Positions 28,299 through 38,925 are shown, counted from the first letter of the stretch. The stretch: DNA of 64,000 bases from an uncultured Acidobacteriota bacterium (GCA_964436005.1 CAYTBK010000006.1:2212-66211); one strand, 5' to 3'. The notes: a model not told the origin generated them from the letters alone. A program made the numbers and translations.

Positions 28299-30028
28299 AG
28301 CCGCACCGGGTCCGGATGACCGGCCTTGGATGGCTGGTTCTGATGCTCCTGGTGGTGTGGGGTCAGGCTCAGCCGCCCGCCGTTTCGACGGCGATGGCCT
28401 CTGCCCCGACCTCCGATGCCCCGACAGCGGCTGCCCCGGCCCCGGCGCTGTCGGTGCTCCGGGCCCTCCCGGGGAAAGACGAACCGGCCGCCGTGGTGGT
28501 GGCCAACCGGACCGTGGCGGTACTTCGGGCGGAGTGGAACGGCTATTCGCCCGCAAGTCGCGCCAACAGCGCCATGGACCGCATCCGGCAGGTGGTCGAA
28601 CTGAACATCACCGGACCCGTACGGGCCGAAAGGATCGGGGAAAGTTACCGGATTCTCATCAAGGACCGGCCCGTATTCCACATCTACGACGCAGACGTCG
28701 ACCTTCTCGCGGAGGAGACCACCGCGCAGGTCGGTGCAGAAACCGTGCGCAAACTCCAGGAAGCCCTGACGGCCATTCAGGAGCAACGCCGGCCCGCCGT
28801 CATCCTCCAGGGAGTGCTTTGGGCCCTCCTGTCCACCGTGATCCTGGGGATCCTGGTCTGGTTGTGCCTGCGGATCCACCACCGACTGAGGTCCAGCCTC
28901 GGGCAACTCGCCCAAGGACGGTTGAAGGACCTGGACGCGGAAACGGTCCGGATGCTGACCCGCCCGTTCCGGATGATTCTGAAAGGGGTCACCCGGTTGG
29001 CCCTTGTCTTCGCCGTCGTCTTCCTGGTTTACGTGTGGATAACCTCCATTCTGAGCCACTTCCCGCTGACCCGACCCTGGGGGGACGGCCTGCGGCACAG
29101 TGCCCTGGGCGTGATCACAACTGTCGGCAGCGGCATCCTTTCTGCCCTGCCGGGGTTGGGTATTGTCGCGATCGCCCTGTTTATCGCCTGGGGCCTCTCG
29201 CGGGGCGTCCGGCTTTTCTTCGCCGTGGTGGAGCAGCGGCAGGTCTGCATCCCCTGGCTCAACCTTTATCCCGACACCGCAACGCCCATGCGGCGCCTTA
29301 CCCTGATTGCCCTCTGGGGATTCACCGTGGTGCTCATCTACCCCTACCTGCCCGGGAGCGAGACGGAGGTTTTCAAAGCACTGGGGATCTTTTTCGGCGT
29401 CGTCATTTCGTTGGGTTCATCGGGACTGGTCTCCCAGCTGATCAGTGGCTTCATCCTGATCTTCTCTCGCTTCTTCTCGGTGGGTGACTATGTTCGAGTC
29501 GGCGAGGTGGAGGGGACCGTGAAGTCCATCGGCGCGGTGTCCACCAAGGTCCACACCATCCGGCGAGAGGAGGTCAACATCCCCAACAACGTGCTGTTGA
29601 ACGGCACGTCCCTGAACTTCTCCCGGCTGGCCGGTGACCATGGGGTCGCCGTGCACTCCAGCGTCACCATCGGCTACGACACCCCCTGGCGACAGATCCA
29701 CGCCATGCTGCGGACGGCGGCCGACCGCACAGCCGGGCTGAAGAAGGAGCCGGCCCCTTTCGTCATCCAGACCGCCCTGGGGGATTTCTACGTGGAATAC
29801 CAGGTGAACGCCTACCTGGAGGAGGCCGACCAGCGCGTCTTCGTCCTGGCGGAGTTGCACGCCAACATCCAGGACGCGTTCAACGAGAACGGCGTCCAGA
29901 TCATGTCGCCCCACTATCGAACCGACCCCCCCGTCCCCAAGGTCGTTCCCAAGTCGGACTGGCACATCCCGCCGGCTCCTCCCGCGGGGGAGGAGCGGCA
30001 TCCCAGGCTGTTGAAGGATTCGCTGTGA
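28295..30028 (+). CDS. Mechanosensitive ion channel family protein (MscS-like) with periplasmic N-terminal domain
   Basis: MscS core LISGFILIFSRFFSVGDYVRVGEVEGTVKSIGAVSTKVHT; start MKPHRVRM at 28295. Confidence 0.85.
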   Translation: MKPHRVRMTGLGWLVLMLLVVWGQAQPPAVSTAMASAPTSDAPTAAAPAPALSVLRALPGKDEPAAVVVANRTVAVLRAEWNGYSPASRANSAMDRIRQVVELNITGPVRAERIGESYRILIKDRPVFHIYDADVDLLAEETTAQVGAETVRKLQEALTAIQEQRRPAVILQGVLWALLSTVILGILVWLCLRIHHRLRSSLGQLAQGRLKDLDAETVRMLTRPFRMILKGVTRLALVFAVVFLVYVWITSILSHFPLTRPWGDGLRHSALGVITTVGSGILSALPGLGIVAIALFIAWGLSRGVRLFFAVVEQRQVCIPWLNLYPDTATPMRRLTLIALWGFTVVLIYPYLPGSETEVFKALGIFFGVVISLGSSGLVSQLISGFILIFSRFFSVGDYVRVGEVEGTVKSIGAVSTKVHTIRREEVNIPNNVLLNGTSLNFSRLAGDHGVAVHSSVTIGYDTPWRQIHAMLRTAADRTAGLKKEPAPFVIQTALGDFYVEYQVNAYLEEADQRVFVLAELHANIQDAFNENGVQIMSPHYRTDPPVPKVVPKSDWHIPPAPPAGEERHPRLLKDSL

Positions 30029-30159
30029 CAAAACTTCCAGAAAGAGATGATGTTGGAATTTACATATCGACGACCGCCGCAGCGACCGAGGAAGAAACAC
30101 CGCCGGCATGGCGGGGGTACGGAAGCCCAGCTGGCGCGGCCTTTCCCGGGCGCTCTGCC

Positions 30160-31065
30160 GTGAACCCCGTCATCCGCGTTTTCGCAGCGGCCGTCCTGTT
30201 TCTGGTCGCTGTGGCGGCCGCGGGGGCCCAGGAGTTGGAACCGCGCGCCTACCTGACCCTCCCCACGGGGATGAACATCTTCACCTGCGGCTACACCTGG
30301 TCCCGCGGCGGCGTGCTGTCGGACCCCAACCTGCCCCTGCAGGACGTCCAGGCGGACGTGCACTCCCTGGTCCTCGGGTACATGCGCTCCTTCTCCCTCG
30401 CCGGCCGCTCGGCGAGCGTAAGCCTCGTCGTCCCCTGCGTCTTCGGGTCCGCCGAGGGCCTGGTCTCGGGCGAGTTCGCCAAAACCCGGCGCGACGGCCT
30501 GGCGGACCCGCGGGTCCGTTTCGCCGTGAACCTCCTGGGGGGGCCGGCGCTGCCGCCGAAGGAGTTTCGGAACTACCGGCAGAAAACCAACCTGGGGGTC
30601 AGCCTGACGGTCTCGGCGCCGTTGGGGCAGTACAACCCGGCCCTGCTCATCAACCTCGGGGCCAACCGCTGGGCCTTCAAGCCGGAAGTGGGCGTTTCCC
30701 ACGCCCGGGGCAAGTGGCTGCTGGAAGGGTACGTCGGGGTCTGGCTGTTCACCGCCAACCACGACTTCTTCGGGGGAAAAGTGCGGGAACAGCGCCCGGT
30801 CACCAACATCCAGGGCCACATCGGATACGCGTTCCGGAAGGGGTGGATGGCGATGCTCAACGCCAATTACTACATCGGCGGCCAGATCGTCGTCGATGGC
30901 GTCCGTCAGACGGACCTGCAGAGCAACTCGCGCATCGGGGGCACGCTGTTCATCCCGCTGGCCCCGGCGCACGCGCTGAAGATCAGCGTGGCCAGCGGCG
31001 CCTACACCGCGGTGGGGTCGGATTTCACGACCCTGACCGTGACGTACCAGTACCGGTGGTTCTGA
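30160..31065 (+). CDS. Outer-membrane beta-barrel protein (MetA-pathway/transporter family-like); start uncertain (GTG 30160 gives canonical signal peptide; track start GTG 30025)
   Basis: Ends ...TVTYQYRWF; VIRVFAAAVLFLVAVAAAGAQE signal peptide. Confidence 0.6.
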   Translation: MNPVIRVFAAAVLFLVAVAAAGAQELEPRAYLTLPTGMNIFTCGYTWSRGGVLSDPNLPLQDVQADVHSLVLGYMRSFSLAGRSASVSLVVPCVFGSAEGLVSGEFAKTRRDGLADPRVRFAVNLLGGPALPPKEFRNYRQKTNLGVSLTVSAPLGQYNPALLINLGANRWAFKPEVGVSHARGKWLLEGYVGVWLFTANHDFFGGKVREQRPVTNIQGHIGYAFRKGWMAMLNANYYIGGQIVVDGVRQTDLQSNSRIGGTLFIPLAPAHALKISVASGAYTAVGSDFTTLTVTYQYRWF

Positions 31066-31117
31066 GACGGAGCGGAAACCGCGAACCGCAGGTGAAGCAC
31101 GAGAAGCGGAGGACAAG

Positions 31118-33856
31118 ATGGAAGACACAATCAACGCGGAAAAAATCCGGTTGGAGGAAGCGAGGGAAGGCAGGCTGCCCTGGAAGAAGTGGGGGCCCTA
31201 CCTGAGCGAGCGCCAATGGGGGACCGTCCGGGAGGACTTCAGCGAGGACGGCGACGCCTGGAACGACTTCACCCACGACCACGCCCGCTCCCGGGCCTAC
31301 CGCTGGGGCGAGGACGGCCTGGCCGGGATCTCCGACGACCGGCAGGGACTCTGCTTCGCCCTGGCGCTGTGGAACGGCCGGGACCCCATCCTCAAGGAGC
31401 GCCTCTTCGGACTCACCAACAGCGAGGGGAACCACGGCGAGGACGTGAAGGAGTACTACTTCTACCTGGACAGCACCCCGACCCACTCCTACATGAAGTT
31501 CCTGTACAAGTACCCCCAAACGGCCTACCCCTATGAAGACCTGTTGGAAACCAACCGGCGTCGAACCCGCGATCAATTCGAGTACGAGCTGCTGGACACG
31601 GGGGTCTTCGACGAGGACCGCTATTTCGACGTCTTCGTGGAGTACGCCAAGGCGGGACCGGAGGATCTCCTGGCGAAGGTCACGGTCGTCAACCGGGGAC
31701 CGGAGGCGGCCGATCTGCACGTGCTGCCGACGCTCTGGTTCCGAAACGACTGGGCGGCGTGGATCGCCGAACCGGCCGGCAAGCCGCTGCTCCGACAGGT
31801 GAAGGGGCCCGGCGGTACCGGGGCCTTGGAAGCGTTCCACCCGATCCTGGGCGCTTTCGACTTCTACTGCGAGGGCGACGTCCCGCTGCTGTTCACCGAA
31901 AACGAGACCAACACCGGTCGACTTTTTCCCGACCGACCGGTCACCGGGCAGTTCTTCAAGGACGGTATCAACGATGCCGTGGTGCACGGTCGGGCCGGGG
32001 CGGTGAACCCGGCGAAAAACGGGACCAAGGCTTCGGCGCATTGCCGGCTGAGGGTGGGGCCCGGAGAGGCCGCGACGGTGCGGGTGCGCCTCGTCGGGCG
32101 GTCTGACGCCGTCGGGATCGAGAAAGCCGCCCCCTTCGGACCGGGGTTCGAGACGGTATTGGCCGCCCGACTGGCGGAGGCGGACGCCTTCTACCGCTCC
32201 GTGACGCCGCCCTCCGTCTCCCCCGATGCGGCCGACGTCATGCGCCAGGCCCTGGCGGGCATGCTCTGGTCCAAGCAATACTACCTTTTCGAGGCCACCG
32301 CCTGGCTGCGGGAGCACCGTGCCCACCCGCTGCTTTCCGGAAGCCGGCAGTTCCGGAACAGCGAGTGGTTCCACATGGTCAACGACGATGTCATCTCCAT
32401 GCCCGACAAATGGGAGTATCCCTGGTACGCGGCCTGGGACCTCGCCTTCCACACCCTCCCCCTCTCCGTCGTGGACCCCGATTTCGCCAAGGAGCAGATG
32501 AAGCTGATGCTCCGCAACGTGTACCTGCACCCCAGCGGACAGCTCCCCGCCTACGAGTGGAACTTCAGCGACGTCAACCCGCCGGTTCACGCCTGGGCGA
32601 CCCTGTTCCTGCACCGGACCGGACAGGCCCAGCGAGGCGAGGCGGACCTCGAGTTCCTCCAGGCGGCCTTCAGCAAGCTTCTGCTGAACTTCACCTGGTG
32701 GGTGAACCGCAAGGACCGCTTTGGCAAGAACGTCTTCGAGGGCGGTTTCCTCGGGCTGGACAACATCGGCGTCTTCGACCGAAGCGCCCCGCTGCCCACC
32801 GGCGGTTACCTGGAGCAGGCGGACGGAACGGCCTGGATGGCCCTTTTCACCCAGAACATGCTGGAAATGGCCGGCGAGTTGACCGCCGTGGACAACGTCT
32901 ACAAGGACCTGGTGTTGAAGTTCGTCGAGCATTTCCTCTACATCGCCGCGGCCATGAATAAGCCTGGGCCGGAAGGCATGTGGGACGAGGAGGACGGGTT
33001 CTACTACGACCTGTTGCGGACCCCCGACGGCGGCGCCACGCGGCTCAAAGTGCGCTCCATGGTGGGACTCCTCCCCCTGGCCGCCACGACGGTGATCGAG
33101 AAATGGCAGCGGGACCTCGTCCCGGAGACGGTGGCGGCCATCCTGGCCCGGGTGAAGCAGATGCCGGGTCTCCTGGATTCCATACACCCCACGGGGCCGG
33201 GTCATCAGGGGGTGGCCGAGCGGGGGATCTTCGCCCTGGTCACTCCGGAGCGGCTCCGGCGGATCCTCGAAAAAATGCTGGACGAAAACGAGTTCTTCGG
33301 CCCCTACGGCATCCGTTCCCTCTCCCGGTACCATGAGCTCCACCCCTACGTCTTTCCGGTGAACGGACAGGAGTACCGGGTGGACTACCTGCCGGCCGAG
33401 TCCAACACCGGCATGTTCGGCGGCAACTCCAACTGGCGAGGACCCGTCTGGATGCCCGTCAACGCCATACTCATCCGCGCGCTCCTGCAGTTCTACCTGT
33501 ACTACGGGGACGCATTCCAGGTCGAGTGCCCAACCGGTTCGGGCCGCCGGATGAACCTCTTCGAGGTGGCACGGGAAATCGCGGACCGCCTGACCCGGAT
33601 TTTCCTGCGGGACGGGTGCGGCCGCCGGCCTGTGTACGGCGGTACGGAAAAGTTCCACAGCGATCCCTGCTGGCGCGACCACATCCTCTTTTTCGAGTAC
33701 TTCCACGGCGACAACGGCGCTGGCCTGGGCGCCTCGCACCAGACGGGCTGGACCGGCCTGGTGGCCAAATTGATCCAGTTGTTCGGGCTGCTCGACCCCG
33801 AGAAAATCCTGGCGGCCGGCGAACGGGGCGGTTCCGGCAAGGGAAAGCGACCGTGA
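31118..33856 (+). CDS. GH63-like glucosidase / mannosylglycerate-hydrolase-like (MGH1-like) glycoside hydrolase
   Basis: 912 aa; typical (alpha/alpha)6 GH63 C-terminal region (GYLEQADGTAWMA, WEYPWYAAWD); GGAGGA RBS. Confidence 0.75.
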   Translation: MEDTINAEKIRLEEAREGRLPWKKWGPYLSERQWGTVREDFSEDGDAWNDFTHDHARSRAYRWGEDGLAGISDDRQGLCFALALWNGRDPILKERLFGLTNSEGNHGEDVKEYYFYLDSTPTHSYMKFLYKYPQTAYPYEDLLETNRRRTRDQFEYELLDTGVFDEDRYFDVFVEYAKAGPEDLLAKVTVVNRGPEAADLHVLPTLWFRNDWAAWIAEPAGKPLLRQVKGPGGTGALEAFHPILGAFDFYCEGDVPLLFTENETNTGRLFPDRPVTGQFFKDGINDAVVHGRAGAVNPAKNGTKASAHCRLRVGPGEAATVRVRLVGRSDAVGIEKAAPFGPGFETVLAARLAEADAFYRSVTPPSVSPDAADVMRQALAGMLWSKQYYLFEATAWLREHRAHPLLSGSRQFRNSEWFHMVNDDVISMPDKWEYPWYAAWDLAFHTLPLSVVDPDFAKEQMKLMLRNVYLHPSGQLPAYEWNFSDVNPPVHAWATLFLHRTGQAQRGEADLEFLQAAFSKLLLNFTWWVNRKDRFGKNVFEGGFLGLDNIGVFDRSAPLPTGGYLEQADGTAWMALFTQNMLEMAGELTAVDNVYKDLVLKFVEHFLYIAAAMNKPGPEGMWDEEDGFYYDLLRTPDGGATRLKVRSMVGLLPLAATTVIEKWQRDLVPETVAAILARVKQMPGLLDSIHPTGPGHQGVAERGIFALVTPERLRRILEKMLDENEFFGPYGIRSLSRYHELHPYVFPVNGQEYRVDYLPAESNTGMFGGNSNWRGPVWMPVNAILIRALLQFYLYYGDAFQVECPTGSGRRMNLFEVAREIADRLTRIFLRDGCGRRPVYGGTEKFHSDPCWRDHILFFEYFHGDNGAGLGASHQTGWTGLVAKLIQLFGLLDPEKILAAGERGGSGKGKRP

Positions 33857-33889
33857 ACATTACAAGATATAGAATTAAAAGGAGATCGG

Positions 33890-34831
33890 ATGATGAGTGA
33901 AAACAAGATCCGCAGATTCGGCGCAATCGGAACCCTTCTGGTTCTCCTGGGGGTGTTGGCCGGTACGGCCGTCCAGGCCGGGACCGTCAAGGTCGAGGGC
34001 CTGATCAAGCAACGCAGCGACAAGACCCTGACGATCCAGACGCCCGAGAATACGGAGGTGGTCGTATTGCTGACGAAGAAGACGCTGGTGGCCCAGAACC
34101 TGGGCGCCCTGAAGGTGCGCAAGAAGGCCATGCCGGTGTCCTGCCTCGTCACTGGATTGCCGGTCCAGGTGGAAGGGGTCTACGACGGCAAACAGCAGCT
34201 GGTGGCGAAATCGGTCCGGTTCAACGGAGACGACCTGGAGAGGGCCCAATCCATCCAGGCCGGCCTGCACGAAACCCAGGAACAAGCCCGCAAGAACCAG
34301 GAAGAGCTGGAGAAACAGAACGCGGAACTGAAGGCGCAGAACGAGGAATTGCAACGGCAGCAGGAGGAGTTGGCCGAACAGCAGCGCAGGATCGAGGAGA
34401 ACAAGGCCGCCATCGCCGCTACCGTCGCGCGCTTCGGCCAGTTGGCCGAATTCTACATCTGGGATGAAGTGACGGTCTACTTCGGCAACAACAAGACCAA
34501 CGTCGATCCTTCGTACGTTCCCCAACTGCTGGCCCTGGCGCAGAAGGCCAAGAACGTCAAGGGCTACCGGATCGCGGTGAAGGGGTTCGCCTCGCCGGTC
34601 GGCAACGCCGCCCGAAACCAGAAACTGAGCGAGCAGCGGGCCGAAAACGTCACGGCCCTCCTTCTCCAGCAGGGGGGAATCCCGGCGGTCTGCCTGTTGG
34701 CGCCCGCTGCCATGGGCGAATGGCCGGAACGTGCGCCGGCCGCCAACGACAGGACTCCCGAAGGGCAGGCCAAGGCCCGCCGGGTGGTGGTCAGGGTTCT
34801 CCAGAACAAGGGCATCGCCGGGATCGAGTGA
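33890..34831 (+). CDS. OmpA-family protein with coiled-coil segment
   Basis: C-terminal OmpA-like domain (YRIAVKGFASPVGNAARNQKLSEQRAENV); signal peptide; AAGGAG RBS. Confidence 0.8.
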   Translation: MMSENKIRRFGAIGTLLVLLGVLAGTAVQAGTVKVEGLIKQRSDKTLTIQTPENTEVVVLLTKKTLVAQNLGALKVRKKAMPVSCLVTGLPVQVEGVYDGKQQLVAKSVRFNGDDLERAQSIQAGLHETQEQARKNQEELEKQNAELKAQNEELQRQQEELAEQQRRIEENKAAIAATVARFGQLAEFYIWDEVTVYFGNNKTNVDPSYVPQLLALAQKAKNVKGYRIAVKGFASPVGNAARNQKLSEQRAENVTALLLQQGGIPAVCLLAPAAMGEWPERAPAANDRTPEGQAKARRVVVRVLQNKGIAGIE

Positions 34832-34989
34832 GCATGGGCGGAAGACCGGAGGCTGCCGTGCGGCCTGGACAGGCGGGCGCCTCCCGGTCTTGCCGCCGTT
34901 GTGAATGTTTGGTATGCATCATCCAGGAAGCGCTTGGAAAACGCCCGGTTTTCCCCTTGCCTTTCTTGGTGCCCACCGCGAGGGGAGCC

Positions 34990-35362
34990 GAACCAGCCGA
35001 ATAGCAATTCGCAAGGAAAACACAATTTTTGTGGCTGGTGCCTACTCGCGGAACAAGACCTGCGCGGCTACTCCTTTGGCAAGTACCAGGATCGGCTGTT
35101 GATGGAAGCCCAGGTGGAATACCGGCGGGATGTCTGGTGGCGCCTGGGCCTGAAGGCTTTCGCCGGGGTGGGCGGGGTGGGGAAGAGGATCTCCGACCTG
35201 GATTCGCGGGGGGGCCTCTTCCGTTTGGCGGTGGGCGCCGGGTTGAAGCGTCGAGACAGGGTTCCCCTCGTCGCCCGCCGGCGAGACATGTCCTCCGGAC
35301 GCAGCGCAGCGCCGGGGGGCGAGTCAGAGGCCCCGACGGCGCTGCGGAACGGTTGGGGGTGA
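34990..35362 (+). pseudogene. Remnant of the C-terminal ~90 aa of an Omp85/bacterial-surface-antigen beta-barrel protein
   Basis: LLAEQDLRGYSFGKYQDRLLMEAQVEYRRDVWWRLGLKAFAGVGGVGKRISDLDSRGGLFRLAVGAGLKR matches the Omp85 C-terminal consensus; no POTRA/barrel upstream; tail frame-shifted. Confidence 0.3.
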
Positions 35363-35415
35363 AGCGGCCCACCCCCTTTTCCTTCGGATGAAGAAACCGG
35401 TGGTTCAGATCCCCC

Positions 35416-36366
35416 TCAAAACACGAACGCCAGTTTTCCGAAGACGGAGTTTCCCTTCAGGCGGTTTTTCACGTTGAGTTCCGGAAGCCACTTGACTTCG
35501 GCAGCTATCAGCGCCTTTTTCGTGTGCTTGATGAAGGACAGGGCCGGCCCGACGCCGAAGGACCGCCCCTTGAAATCGCCCAGCTTGGCCCCGGAGCCGC
35601 TGTCGCCGGTGATCTGTTGATAGTAATAGATGTTCGCGCCGATTCCCCATATGGCGTGCGACTTGGTCATCCAGTGTTTCGCCACGGTCCCCTCGACATG
35701 CCATTGGGTTCCGGTTTTGTAGTCGGTCTCGTCGTTGGTGGTGTTGAAGTCGACCCCGGTGAAGAGGCTGACTTCCACCATGTTCTGATGGCCCATGTAG
35801 CTCATGTAGAAGGTCGGTTCGAAGGTCCAGTAGTTCTTCCCCAGGTTGGCCAGGTTCGTCCTTTCGTATTTGCCTGTCGGTGCGTAGAAGCCCATGAGCG
35901 TGCCGATGTTGAAGTCCTTGACCTTCCATCCGATCGTGAAGGGGGCGAAGAACATGTCGCCCAGTCCGCTGGTGGTCTGGCTGCGGTGAACCAATCCGTT
36001 GGGGGTTTCCAGGTCGGCTTCCACGGTGAGGTGGGCAACGGGAAGGCTGGCGAGGGCGGCGCACTGGCCGCCAAGGACCTTGGGCTTGAAGGTGTACACC
36101 ACGAGCATGCAGTCGGCGTACGCAGTTCCCTTGAGGTTCAGGCTCACGCTGCCGATGATCGGGATTTCTTTCCCGACGCCCGCCTCGCCCTTGTAGAAGG
36201 AAAAGATGTTTACGAGAGTGAAACCCGGCTTCAGGGGCAGGGCGTCGACGCAGTCCGACAACGCTCCCGGCATGTAATGCCCGCTCGCCGCTTCTTCGGC
36301 CAGGGTGGGGACGATCGCTGACGCGACCAGGATCAACAGAATGAGTGATAAGGCAAGTTTTTTCAT
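35416..36366 (-). CDS. Outer-membrane beta-barrel protein (MetA-pathway/transporter family-like)
   Basis: Start MKKLALSLILLILVASAIVPTLA at 36366 with AGGAGG RBS; ends GKLAFVF. Confidence 0.7.
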   Translation of the reverse strand: MKKLALSLILLILVASAIVPTLAEEAASGHYMPGALSDCVDALPLKPGFTLVNIFSFYKGEAGVGKEIPIIGSVSLNLKGTAYADCMLVVYTFKPKVLGGQCAALASLPVAHLTVEADLETPNGLVHRSQTTSGLGDMFFAPFTIGWKVKDFNIGTLMGFYAPTGKYERTNLANLGKNYWTFEPTFYMSYMGHQNMVEVSLFTGVDFNTTNDETDYKTGTQWHVEGTVAKHWMTKSHAIWGIGANIYYYQQITGDSGSGAKLGDFKGRSFGVGPALSFIKHTKKALIAAEVKWLPELNVKNRLKGNSVFGKLAFVF

Positions 36367-36764
36367 CGGTCCTCCTGAATATCTTTCCGAATGTCGTTCG
36401 TTTCGTTGCTGATCGCTCCCAGGGGCATCCTGTCGATGCCCAAGGGATCCGGGATGTCGGTTCAGACGGTTGCCGCCACGATCCGGCCAGATGCCATGGA
36501 CTGTCACGGAGGCTTTTTGCACGATCGATGCCAAATCCGGGCTTCCCAACCGAAAATTGCTATGTTGTGATCTGTGAAGTTGTTGGAGAATCAATTGCTC
36601 CAACGGTCACGACGGCCCGCCTCGATGGCGGTCGACATTTCGCCCGCGGGACGGCATTTCGTCTGATTCGGCGACCGAGGGCAACTCCTCCCTGGGGAAA
36701 AGTCCTTGTGTATCTGATTCCAAAGTAGAAAGATGCACGCGGTGGTGCCGCCTGCCGCGGGAGA

Positions 36765-36780
36765 ATGGCACCGGTCGTGC
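36765..36780 (+). promoter_or_regulatory. Candidate sigma-54 promoter TGGCACcggtcgTGCA
   Basis: Same GG-N10-GC geometry and near-identical sequence to the element at 19014. Confidence 0.45.
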
Positions 36781-36793
36781 ATCAATATTCGGT

Positions 36794-37123
36794 ATGACCA
36801 TGATTACCGTCCTCAAGATCGTACCCGCCGGCGGCAAAAAGGATGCAGCTCTGGAGTTGCTCAGAGCCCTCGAGCGGCAGGCCAAAGGAGAGGCGGGGTG
36901 CCTGGACTGCCTGATCCTTGAACGCTCCGGGGGAGACAGGACGATCCTGTATCTCGACCGATGGAGCACCCTGGAAGACCTTTGCCGGCACGTCCAGTCT
37001 CCGGTGTATCGTGAGGTTCTGCAGGCCATGGAACTGAGCGCGAAGACCCCGGAGATCAGTTTCTACGAGGTTTCCGAAACCAAAGGCATGGAGTGGGTGG
37101 AGAAAGTGCGTTTGCAATCATGA
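36794..37123 (+). CDS. ABM-domain protein (paralog of 19040..19426)
   Basis: EAGCLDCLILERSGGDRTILYLDRWSTLEDLCRHVQSPVYREVLQAM ABM pattern. Confidence 0.65.
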   Translation: MTMITVLKIVPAGGKKDAALELLRALERQAKGEAGCLDCLILERSGGDRTILYLDRWSTLEDLCRHVQSPVYREVLQAMELSAKTPEISFYEVSETKGMEWVEKVRLQS

Positions 37124-37178
37124 CGGCCCCGCGGTTTTCGGCGCGAGTTTCGCCCTGCGCGGGGAAAAGAGGCGACCC

Positions 37179-37847
37179 ATGACCCGACCCGACCCGATTC
37201 CCGAACCCCGGTACGAGCCCCGCTGGCCCGCCGCCGTCGCCGTTTCCCTCGTCGTCGCCGTCCTGCTGATGATGCCATCCCGCCTGCGCCTTCTCCCCAC
37301 CTGGTACGTCTGCACGGTCGTCTCGACTCTTGTCCTCCCCATGCTGCTGGCCGATCTCCCGTCCACTCGCCGTTGGTTCCAGCCCGTGGAGAGGGTGACG
37401 ACAATTCTGTGCGCCGGCCTGGTGATGCTGGCCACCATGCTGACCTTGCGGTATCTGATTATCTCTATGCTGAGCCGGACGTCGGGGATGAGCGGCCTTC
37501 AACTACTCACCTCCAGCGTGGGCGCCTGGACGACCAACTTCATCGCTTTCTCCCTGGTTTACTGGCAGATGGACCGCGGTGGGCCCGCCGCGCGGGCGAA
37601 AGGCGCAGACTTGCTGCCGGACTGGATTTTTCCGGCGGAAACGGCCCCCCCGGGGACCGTGAAACCGGATTGGCAGCCCACCTTCATCGATTACCTGTTC
37701 CTGGGGTATTCCACGGCGACGGCCTTCAGCGCCACCGACACCCTGCCGCTGACCACCCGGGCCAAGATGCTGATGATGTTCGAAAGCTCCGTCTCCCTGA
37801 TCATGGTCCTGGTGGTCGCGTCGCGGGCCATCAACATTCTCCGGTGA
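37179..37847 (+). CDS. DUF1345-like membrane protein
   Basis: 222 aa, 4-5 TM helices; family call tentative. Confidence 0.5.
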   Translation: MTRPDPIPEPRYEPRWPAAVAVSLVVAVLLMMPSRLRLLPTWYVCTVVSTLVLPMLLADLPSTRRWFQPVERVTTILCAGLVMLATMLTLRYLIISMLSRTSGMSGLQLLTSSVGAWTTNFIAFSLVYWQMDRGGPAARAKGADLLPDWIFPAETAPPGTVKPDWQPTFIDYLFLGYSTATAFSATDTLPLTTRAKMLMMFESSVSLIMVLVVASRAINILR

Positions 37848-38070
37848 GAAAAGGCCAGTCGCCCACAGGCGGGGTCGGGAAGCGAGAATGAAAAGGGGAA
37901 AACGACCGGCAACCGTGGTCCCCGGGGGCCGTTCCCGCGGTGTCCACGTGGCGGTTTTGTCATCGCGAAGCGATCGAGTGCCTGCAGCCGCCGTATCTCG
38001 CGACCCGGCTTCCCGGAGGATGGGGAATACCGGTCCCTTTCCCTCCGCGCGTTGTCCGGGGGAACTTCAT

Positions 38071-38925
38071 TTATGGCTTTTCCGGGGAGGTCCGCGCCGG
38101 GGCGGGCGGGAGCAGGAGCGGTTCCGACCGCAGCACGCGCAGGGCCGGTCTCCCCACCAGCACGCGCAGCAGCGGCGTTCCCCCTTGCGAACAGAACACG
38201 ACGGTTTCGCCCTCTGGTCCGCTGTCGCGGTGCAGGGTCACCCCGTCGCGCACCCCCTGCAGCCAGTCCTCGAAGGCGATGCGGGCGTACTCCTCGGCGT
38301 CCCGCCCCTCGTAGGGGAAACGCGGGTTGCCCACGGTGAAGTCTGTGCCCTCCGGCACCTTCCCCTCGATGCGGATCTCGCTCACGGAAAGGTTGTAGCC
38401 GTCGAACACCAGGCGCACCTGGCCCACCCCGGCGAGGGGGTCGCGGAAGGCCAGCGCCTTCCCGTCGCTCTCGGCCCGGTGCAACTCCTTCCCCCCGGGG
38501 GCGCTGAGGATGGCCTGGAAGGGGACCGGGCCCTTCCGGCCGGACGGGTCGGCGGGCTTTCCCTCGTCCGGACCCGTCGGGGGTGCGTCCGCGGCCCGGA
38601 GGACGGACGGCACCGCCCGCTCCCCCGACATCGTCACGATGATCCGGTGGACGGTCACCGGCACGTCGAAGCACACCTCCACCCAGGCGCCGGGTTCCGG
38701 GTCGGGCGACCAGTCGGAGTAGTTGATCCCCCGGAGGACGTGGCTGCCCCCGTCGAAGGCGTTGACCACGCCGTGGTAGGGGTTGCCCTGCCCCCGGCCC
38801 CCGTTCACGGAGGAGGCGCGGACGAAGGCCAGCGACGTGCGGCCCAGGTCGGTCGGCGCCTCCTCGCCCGGGAGGGGGCCGAGGCAGGTGACGGCGGCCA
38901 GCAGGAGGAAAGCGCAGCGGGGCAT
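38071..38925 (-). CDS. Secreted protein with discoidin (F5/8 type C)-like domain
   Basis: Signal peptide; NAFDGGSHVLRGINYSDWSPDPEPGAWVEVCFDVPVTVHRIIV. Confidence 0.6.
   Translation of the reverse strand: MPRCAFLLLAAVTCLGPLPGEEAPTDLGRTSLAFVRASSVNGGRGQGNPYHGVVNAFDGGSHVLRGINYSDWSPDPEPGAWVEVCFDVPVTVHRIIVTMSGERAVPSVLRAADAPPTGPDEGKPADPSGRKGPVPFQAILSAPGGKELHRAESDGKALAFRDPLAGVGQVRLVFDGYNLSVSEIRIEGKVPEGTDFTVGNPRFPYEGRDAEEYARIAFEDWLQGVRDGVTLHRDSGPEGETVVFCSQGGTPLLRVLVGRPALRVLRSEPLLLPPAPARTSPEKP

Noticed and set aside
26208-28556. 782-aa minus-strand ORF
   Set aside because: Antisense to the DUF2252 and secreted-protein genes
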